NCBI GenBank assembly: GCA_964016885.1
Contig: OZ024741.1
Location: 55,180,001-55,244,000 of the forward strand
Origin: Eledone cirrhosa
Taxonomy: Eukaryota
Length of the DNA: 64,000 nucleotides
Direction of reading: 5' to 3'
The notes under the pieces: model-generated
Databases searched by the model: none
The model's input: the letters and a program-made list of their open reading frames with translations, nothing else
Told to the model about the DNA's origin: nothing
Position numbers and translations under genes: made by a program
Shown here: in pieces, positions 57,045 to 64,000 of the stretch
How the letters are laid out: each line of letters starts with the position of its first letter
Position numbering within the stretch: the first letter of the stretch is position 1

Positions 57045-57500
57045 TACTACAACACTCTCAGAAACACCATCCTAACAATACTATCCCTACTACTTAGCCG
57101 ACACTTTCATACTACACTCCACAACACTACTACAACACTCTCAGAAACACCATCCTAACAATACTATCCCTACTACTTAGCCGACACTTTCATACTACAC
57201 TCCACAACACTACTACAGCACTCTCAGAAACACCATCCTAACAATACTATCCCTACTACTTAGCCGACACTTTCATACTACACTCCACAACACTACTACA
57301 ACACTCTCAGAAACACCATCCTAACAATACTATCCCTACTACTTAGCCGACACTTTCATACTACACTCCACAACACTACTACAACACTCTCAGAAACACC
57401 ATCCTAACAATACTATATCTACTACTTAGCTGAGACTTTCATACTACACTCCACAACACTACTACAACACTCTCAGAAACACCATCCTAACAATACTATC
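57045..57500. repeat. Minisatellite, 83-bp unit, ~5.5 copies
   Basis: GAAACACCATCC recurs at 57061, 57144, 57227, ... Confidence 0.93.
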
Positions 57501-57501
57501 A

Positions 57502-58325
57502 GAATTTCTTTTGGACATGTTGATTCAATGGAGAGATCACAGATTTGTATATTATCGCATTGTTGATCCAGTGGGCATGACTCAGGTTTTTACAAGAACA
57601 TCCATATACTTGAGGGCTCTGTTGCTTATGCAGGAGGCGTGACTTCGTGTTGCTGGCACAGATGTATTCAATTATGACCGTATGATGGATAAAAATCTGG
57701 TGGTATTTGTGTCCTAGAGGGAAGTGTGTATCTGAGAGGGTTAAAAACGTCTTTCCAATATTAGTTTTGGCACTTAATAAGAAAGGAGGGAAGAACCAGA
57801 TGTTTGCTCTCTTTCTTAATTTTTTCCTATTAGTATTGGGGGGGGGGGGCTGGAGAATAAAATATATTCTTGGAGAAGACGCTATTTGGTAAGGCAGGGT
57901 GATAGTAGGGGGCTGCCCTATCTAAAATGGCTTAACTACATTTTTGAAGACTATAGTGGGGTGGCAGAATTTCTTGTGCATGTTTCTAAGATTTTCGCTA
58001 GGCTTATGGAAGGGTTTATGGGTGTGTGTACGTAGGTCTAAGCTGAAGTTTAAAAAGCTAACACTAATACGGTTGGTGGATACGATGATTTTCATCCCTA
58101 GTTCCCTAAAAGTGGTGATTATCTCTTTCCTAAATGTGTCGTGGTCATAGCCATTTTATGGCTCGTAAGGGCCAGACCATCGTCATGGTATAAACAGGTG
58201 TTGGAAATCAGGGGATTTAGTGCGTAATGTATCCAAGATAAAGAGCACCACCAAATCGCAAATATCTGCGCTGTCGTAGGATCCCATAGGGACATCAAAG
58301 AAGTCGTTTGTCATGGATTTCTTTA
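57502..58325 (-). pseudogene. Degraded Nematis-like PLE RT fragment (PLE-5)
   Basis: Minus strand FFDVPMGSYDSADICDLVVLFIL, LYHDDGLA and, further on, IWFFPPF..NIGKTFL...HFP.GHKYHQIF. Confidence 0.8.
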
Positions 58326-58474
58326 TCCGAACCCCCCCCCCCCCCGTTGTTGGGCCGGAGAGTTTTACGACAGTAGGATATTACCAGCTGGTCCAAATCA
58401 TCTTAGCTTTGATACCAACACAAGTGAATTCATTCGAACTCCCATGGTTAGACTCATTTGTAATATGCAAGGCA

Positions 58475-58569
58475 GCCTACTGATGAGGACGATTGTCTTA
58501 ATTTACTGACTAACCATTATAATTATGGTAATTAGTATTTTTCTTCTCGTCTGAAACTGCGGTATAAGC
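58475..58569 (+). ncRNA. Type-I hammerhead in a pLTR oriented head-to-head with PLE-5
   Basis: GCCTA-CTGATGA-GGACGA...TCGTCT-GAAA-CTGCGG-TA-TAAGC. Confidence 0.75.
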
Positions 58570-58904
58570 ATATAATTGGATTATTCTAATTATAATGTAA
58601 AATTGCGTTTGCTACTAAATGTGTTTTTGTTGCCATTTGTTACTATGCTTTGTTTTGCTAAATATAAGTACTATTTTTCCTTAATAATATAGAATATATA
58701 TATATAGAGAGAGAGAGAGATGTGTGTGTGTCTGTAAATATATATATATACATACGTATATATAAATGTGTGTGTGTGTCTGTAAATATATATATATATA
58801 CAATATATATATATGTGTGTAGAGAGAGAGAGAGTGAGAGGGAGAGTGAGAGGTGACAGATATATATATATATATATATAATAAACAATACAATATAATT
58901 ACCT

Positions 58905-58968
58905 CATTACCAGAGGTTTCCCGAATAAGACGGATACAAGAAACGTCCGCATTCGTTCGTCGGCAATT
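58905..58968 (-). ncRNA. Possible isolated degenerate hammerhead (CCGACGA core)
   Basis: attg-CCGACGA-a-CGAAT-GCGGA..TCCGT..ATTCG-g-GAAA-CCtctGG-TA. Stem I is poor. Confidence 0.35.
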
Positions 58969-58985
58969 TCTCTCTCTCTCTCTCT

Positions 58986-59042
<57 letters not shown>

Positions 59043-59087
59043 AATAATGGAGCTGCGGCGTTGCAAATGGGTTACATATGAAAAAGT

Positions 59088-59190
59088 TGTCTTCATCAGT
59101 GGCCTTCCAACCGTCGTAGGCATTTCGTCGCTTTAAAGGCCATATACCTCAGGTTGGTGCGAGCAACGGCTAAAAAAAGTCGTTGGGACA
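59088..59190 (-). ncRNA. Permuted, pseudoknotted hammerhead-like motif (F2a)
   Basis: As F2b, with a 1-nt deletion after CTGATGAAG. Confidence 0.75.
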
Positions 59191-59431
59191 CGTAAATAAA
59201 GGGGACGCTAGGGTAAACAAACAAAATGGTTTAAGCAACAGAAAGTGATGAAGAAGAAAGAGACAAGTCCCAGATTTCTATGAATATAAATTCGGTGGAA
59301 TCGTGAACGCGAGAATAAAGACCATCAAACCTGGTTGAAATGTGAGCAAGGAAGGAATTTCGCACAGGTCTAACGGGAGGAAGAAAGGGTCTGGTCTGCG
59401 AATTCGGTAAACATAAGTTCTGTGAAGTCGC

Positions 59432-59540
<109 letters not shown>

Positions 59541-59797
59541 TTCATACCGGCTTGGCCAAGTGCGCGCGAGAAAAGGATTACGGACAGGTCAAACGGGAAG
59601 AAAGGGGAGGAGGAGAGGTAGTGACAGAGAATGAGTGAGTGAAAGGTGAGGAAGAGGCTAACAGAGAGAGAGAGACTGCTAGAAAGGGTAAAGATACAAA
59701 GAACGAAACAGACGGGTAGCAGCGGAGGAAAAAATATATGTGTAAATATGATAATAATGGAGCTGCGGCGTTGCAAATGGGTTACATATGAAAAAGT

Positions 59798-59901
59798 TGT
59801 CCTTCATCAGTGGCCTTCCAACCGTCGTAGGCATTTCGTCGCTTTAAAGGCCATATACCTCAGGTTGGTGCGAGCAACGGCTAAAATAAGTCGTTGGGAC
59901 A
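59798..59901 (-). ncRNA. Permuted, pseudoknotted hammerhead-like motif (F2b)
   Basis: TGTCC-CAACGACT/AGCCGTTG-c-TCGC-a-CCAACC-tga-GGTA-TA-TGGCCTT-taaa-GCGA-c-GAAA-TGCC-tacgac-GGTTGG-AAGGCCA-CTGATGA-a-GGACA. Confidence 0.8.
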
Positions 59902-60189
59902 CGTAAATAAAGGGGACGCTAGGGTAAACAATGATGAAGGACAACTTTTTCATATATATATATATATATATATAGTGTAAGAGAGAGAGAGAGGCTGACA
60001 GACCGACATACAGACCGGAAACGAGAAACAGAAAGCGAATGAGAGTTTGAATAAGTATTTGATACATATTTGAACTAAGAACGTATAAAACCACAGGCAA
60101 CTTCCAGTATTGTCACAGCTAGACTTATTCATGAAAACATGAGTTTTTGTGGAAATGGCGGTCGATCCTTCCTGTCACCATTTTAATGT

Positions 60190-60702
60190 CTTGGGTGAGT
60201 GGGGGAGACTAAAGGGTGTACCTGTACTTGGGTGAATGGGGGAGACTAAAGGGTGTACCTGTACTTGGGTGAATGGGGGAGACTAAAGGGTGTACCTGTA
60301 CTTGGGTGAATGGGGGAGACTAAAGGGTGTACCTGTACTTGGGTGAGTGGGGGAGACTAAAGGGTGTACCTGTACTTGGGTGAGTGGGGGAGACTAAAGG
60401 GTGTACCTGTACTTGGGTGAGTGGGGGAGACTAAAGGGTGTACCTGTACTTGGGTGAGTGGGGGAGACTAAAGGGTGTACCTGTACTTGGGTGAGTGGGG
60501 GAGACTAAAGGGTGTACCTGTACTTGGGTGAGTGGGGGAGACTAAAGGGTGTACCTGTACTTGGGTGAATGGGGGAGACTAAAGGGTGTACCTGTACTTG
60601 GGTGAATGGGGGAGACTAAAGGGTGTACCTGTACTTGGGTGAGTGGGGGAGACTAAAGGGTGTACCTGTACTTGGGTGAATGGGGGAGACTAAAGGGTGT
60701 AC
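60190..60702. repeat. G-rich minisatellite, 37-bp unit CTTGGGTGA(G/A)TGGGGGAGACTAAAGGGTGTACCTGTA, ~14 copies
   Basis: Direct reading; only one variable position. Confidence 0.95.
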
Positions 60703-61092
60703 GTGTATGTACGTGTATGTTTGTGTATGTGTGTGTATGTATGTGTGTGTATGTGTGTGTATGTGTGTGTCTGTGTGTGTATGTGTGTCGCTGACAGGTC
60801 TATACGTACCTGTGTGTATATGTATGTTTGTCAGTTCAGTGGGCACCGTAACTATAAGGGACTGTCCCTGTATTTTCTGTTGTCTTTGACTTGTGTGCCT
60901 CTTTATATATATGTGTGTATGTGTGTATGTGTGTGTGTATGTATGTGTGAGTGTGTGTGTGCATGTGTGTATGTATGCGTATATGTGTTTGTGTGAGTGT
61001 GCGTATCAAACTAAACAAAGAACTACTAAGGAAATATGAAAAGAATCTTTTAATAGAAAATAAATTATATTTACACAATCGTGTCTTCAATG

Positions 61093-61202
<110 letters not shown>

Positions 61203-61244
61203 AGGATGCGGACGGTATTTGAGAACATGCATTTTTAGTCGTGG

Positions 61245-61585
61245 ATTGGCAGTATCGGTAGAGGGTCGGAAGCCATGCTTTCCAGCATAGTTACGTCCCT
61301 TTACGATTTGAGTTCAAATCCCGCCGAGGTTGACTTTGCCTTTCATCTTTACGGGGTCGATAAAATAAAGTACCAGTAATGCACTGGGTAATTGCTTGCC
61401 TTGTGCCTAAAGTAGAAACAATTATTTTATCATGCTTTCCAGCATAGTTACGTCCCTTTACGATCTGAGTTCAAAACCCGCCGAGGTTGACTTTGCCTTT
61501 CATCCTTACGGGGTCGATAAAATAAAGTACCAGTAATGCACTGGGTAATTGCTGGCCTTGTGCCTAAAGTAGAAACAACTATTTT
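61245..61585 (+). mobile_element. Tandem pair of Deu/Nin-type SINEs (full copy plus headless duplicate from 61431) nested in the transposon
   Basis: CATGCTTTCCAGCATAGTTACG...AGTAGAAACAA occurs twice, nearly identical. Confidence 0.88.
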
Positions 61586-61654
61586 ATTTGACTAATTTTT
61601 ATTGAACTTCTATTTCAGAAAATAACAATGAAAATAACTATGCTTACTAATGAA

Positions 61655-62670
61655 ATGAAAAGGCATGTTGTGATTGTGGCTTTGAAGGCTAAGCATGGTG
61701 ATTTCGAAATTTCTCGTTTTCTGAAAGTTGCAAGATCTTATGTTCACAAGATTCGGTGTGAGTTGAAGATGGAAGCGTATTACCTGTATCAAAACGTAAA
61801 AAAACATTCAAAACGCTCTGATTCTATCAAGACATCTGAATTTATTCAGGTAGCTAAGCAAAACATTGACGACAATCCAGGAAAATCAATAAGCTCATTT
61901 GCAAAAAATGTTGGTGTGTTAGAAAAAACAATCAGAAATGTTGTGCATGAAGACATCAGACACAAATCTTACGTGGTGAGAAGAGGTCAATTTATGTCAG
62001 AAAAAAACAAAATAAAACCGTTTAATCAGATCCAAAAGACTTTTAAACAAACTTAAAAATCCATCAGAAGATGATGTGATTTAGTTTGTGTCAGATGAGA
62101 AAAACTTTGACCAGGACCAGAAAACTAACAGAAGAAATGACAGGTGGCTATGTGCAGACCCTTCTGAGCTTCCAAGAGTAATGCATACAACATTTCCTGC
62201 AAGTGTCATGGTTTTGGGTGTTGTTAACAATGAAGGACATGTGATGTCTCCTCAATTTTTTCCTCAAGGTCTTAGGGTGAATGCTGCTGCGTATATCGAG
62301 GTTCTGGATAAAGTAGTTAAGCCTTGGATCAACAGTGTATGTAATGGAAGGCCTTATGTCTTTCAACAAGATTCTGCACCATCACACAAGGCTCAAATGA
62401 CAAGAATTGATGGCCGTAAAATTGCATGATCACATTACCCCCAACATTTGGCCTCTTAATTCTCCAGATCTCAATCCACTGGAATACTATGTATGGAGCA
62501 TTGTTGAGAAAAATCTCAATGAACACCCCCATAGCACCAAAGATTCTTTGAAAGCCGCCATAGTTCGAGTCTGTCCGATATGAACAAGGACCACTTAATC
62601 CGAGCTTCTAAACGATTTCAACCACATGTAGAGGTAGTTATTGATGTTTATGGGGGTTTTATTGAATGAA
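61655..62670 (+). pseudogene. DDE/D transposase pseudogene
   Basis: HTH region (NPGKSIS.FAK.VGV.EKTIRNVVHEDI), SDEKNF, NRRNDRWL, FPASVMVLG, VFQQDSAPSH, WPLNSPDLNPLEYYVWS. Several frameshifts and stops. Confidence 0.9.
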
Positions 62671-64000
62671 ATTATTAAATTGATAATTTAGCTTTATGTC
62701 TATGTTATTTTTATAAGAATACTGTTTTTTTCTGTTATTATATAAGCGATTTGTTAAAACCATAAATCTGTCCTCAAATACCGTCCGCGCCCTGTATATG
62801 TATGAGTGTCCGTGTGTACATGTGGGGACGTGTGCATGTGTGTGTATGTGTGCATATGTCGGTCTGCAAATGAGTGGGTGTGTATGTGTGAGTGTATGAG
62901 TATGCATGTGCACATTCACATGAGTGTGAGCATGTGTGCGTGAGCATGTATGTGTGTGCATGTGTTTATGAATATGTATGTGTGTGTGTGTACGTGAGCA
63001 TGAATATGTGTGTGTGAGCATGTGTGTGTGAGCATGTATGTGTGTGCCTGTGTGTATGAATATGTATGTGTATGCATGTGTACGGGAGAATGAATATGTG
63101 TGTGTGTATGAGAGCATCTGTGCGTGAGCATGTATATGTGTGCATGTGGGTGTATGCGTGCGTGTTTGTGTATGTGTGTTAGAGAAGGTAGCAATTAGCA
63201 GAAAGTTCAATGCCACGTAGATAAACAAACAGACAGACAGTGAAACAGCTCAATCTCCCAATCACAACAGCAAGTTATCGTTGTTAACATCGTAGTAGTA
63301 AAATAATTGCTATTACCTTTCACGACGCCAATTTTTATTTATTACAAGTCTCCTTTTCTCGGCAGCAATGCCGCCTACCTATACCAACATTTTTTTTGTA
63401 AAAACCACACGGGGTCCCGATAATACATTCTTGCTTATATACTGTGAAACTGTCCATTCTTCGGTCTCAGTTCTGAGCGTGCATTAATGTAATTGAGTCA
63501 GAGAAAATGTTTACACCTTCACACAAGACTAGCAATTTATATTAATTTCCTTTCGTTATCGTTAATTTAAAAATAAAAGGATATGGGAATACGCATGCGC
63601 ATGCATTTGTGATAATGTAAGGATGGTGCTAAGTATGCATATGTATTTATCTATTTCTTATGGTTGTATGTATATTTGTATGTATGTATGTATCTATGTA
63701 TTATGTGTAAGCGTGTAAGTGTGTATATATGTATGCAGGGGTTGGGTGGAACAAGAGCGATGGGGTTGGAAAAAATCTTTAACATTATAAGCGGTGGGGG
63801 AAACTATTCGAGACCCGAGAGTAGGTAAATAAAATAGCTAAATAGTAAGGAGTGAAACACCATTTCGGTTACATTTTCCTTCGCCATGTTTAGCTAAGGC
63901 AGGCAATCTCATGAATCGGATCCAGCCCTCGAGTTGAAGTCATCCATAATTACTAGCTTATCAGCAGCTCACATATTTCTCACTAATTCTCCAAGTTCGT

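Overview
Eukaryotic, gene-free, repeat-dominated window. The composition (long (TA)n/(CA)n tracts, Deu/Nin-type SINEs, abundant Penelope-like elements) suggests a cephalopod such as Octopus; this is inference. Bases 1-27.4 kb are a strand-asymmetric 32-bp satellite with nested higher-order repeats, ending in a derived 46-bp array. The rest is a patchwork of insertions into microsatellites. These include five Penelope-like element (PLE) RT/GIY-YIG remnants, many short palindromic pLTR insertions, about ten type-I hammerhead ribozymes or degenerate hammerhead-like motifs, two RTE-LINE fragments, tRNA-SINEs, a DD37D/E Tc1/mariner element and two minisatellites. The main finding is a ~102-nt RNA motif present in six full copies from four separate non-coding insertions (32977, 42217, 43754/44273, 59088/59798). 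It contains all three hammerhead core strands (NUH, GAAA, CUGANGA) in an order that is not a circular permutation of types I/II/III. It is held by six covarying helices, two pseudoknotted crossings and a k-turn. It lies in retrozyme-like tandem/inverted elements that also share a second covarying RNA domain. All structure calls were made by eye and activity is untested.
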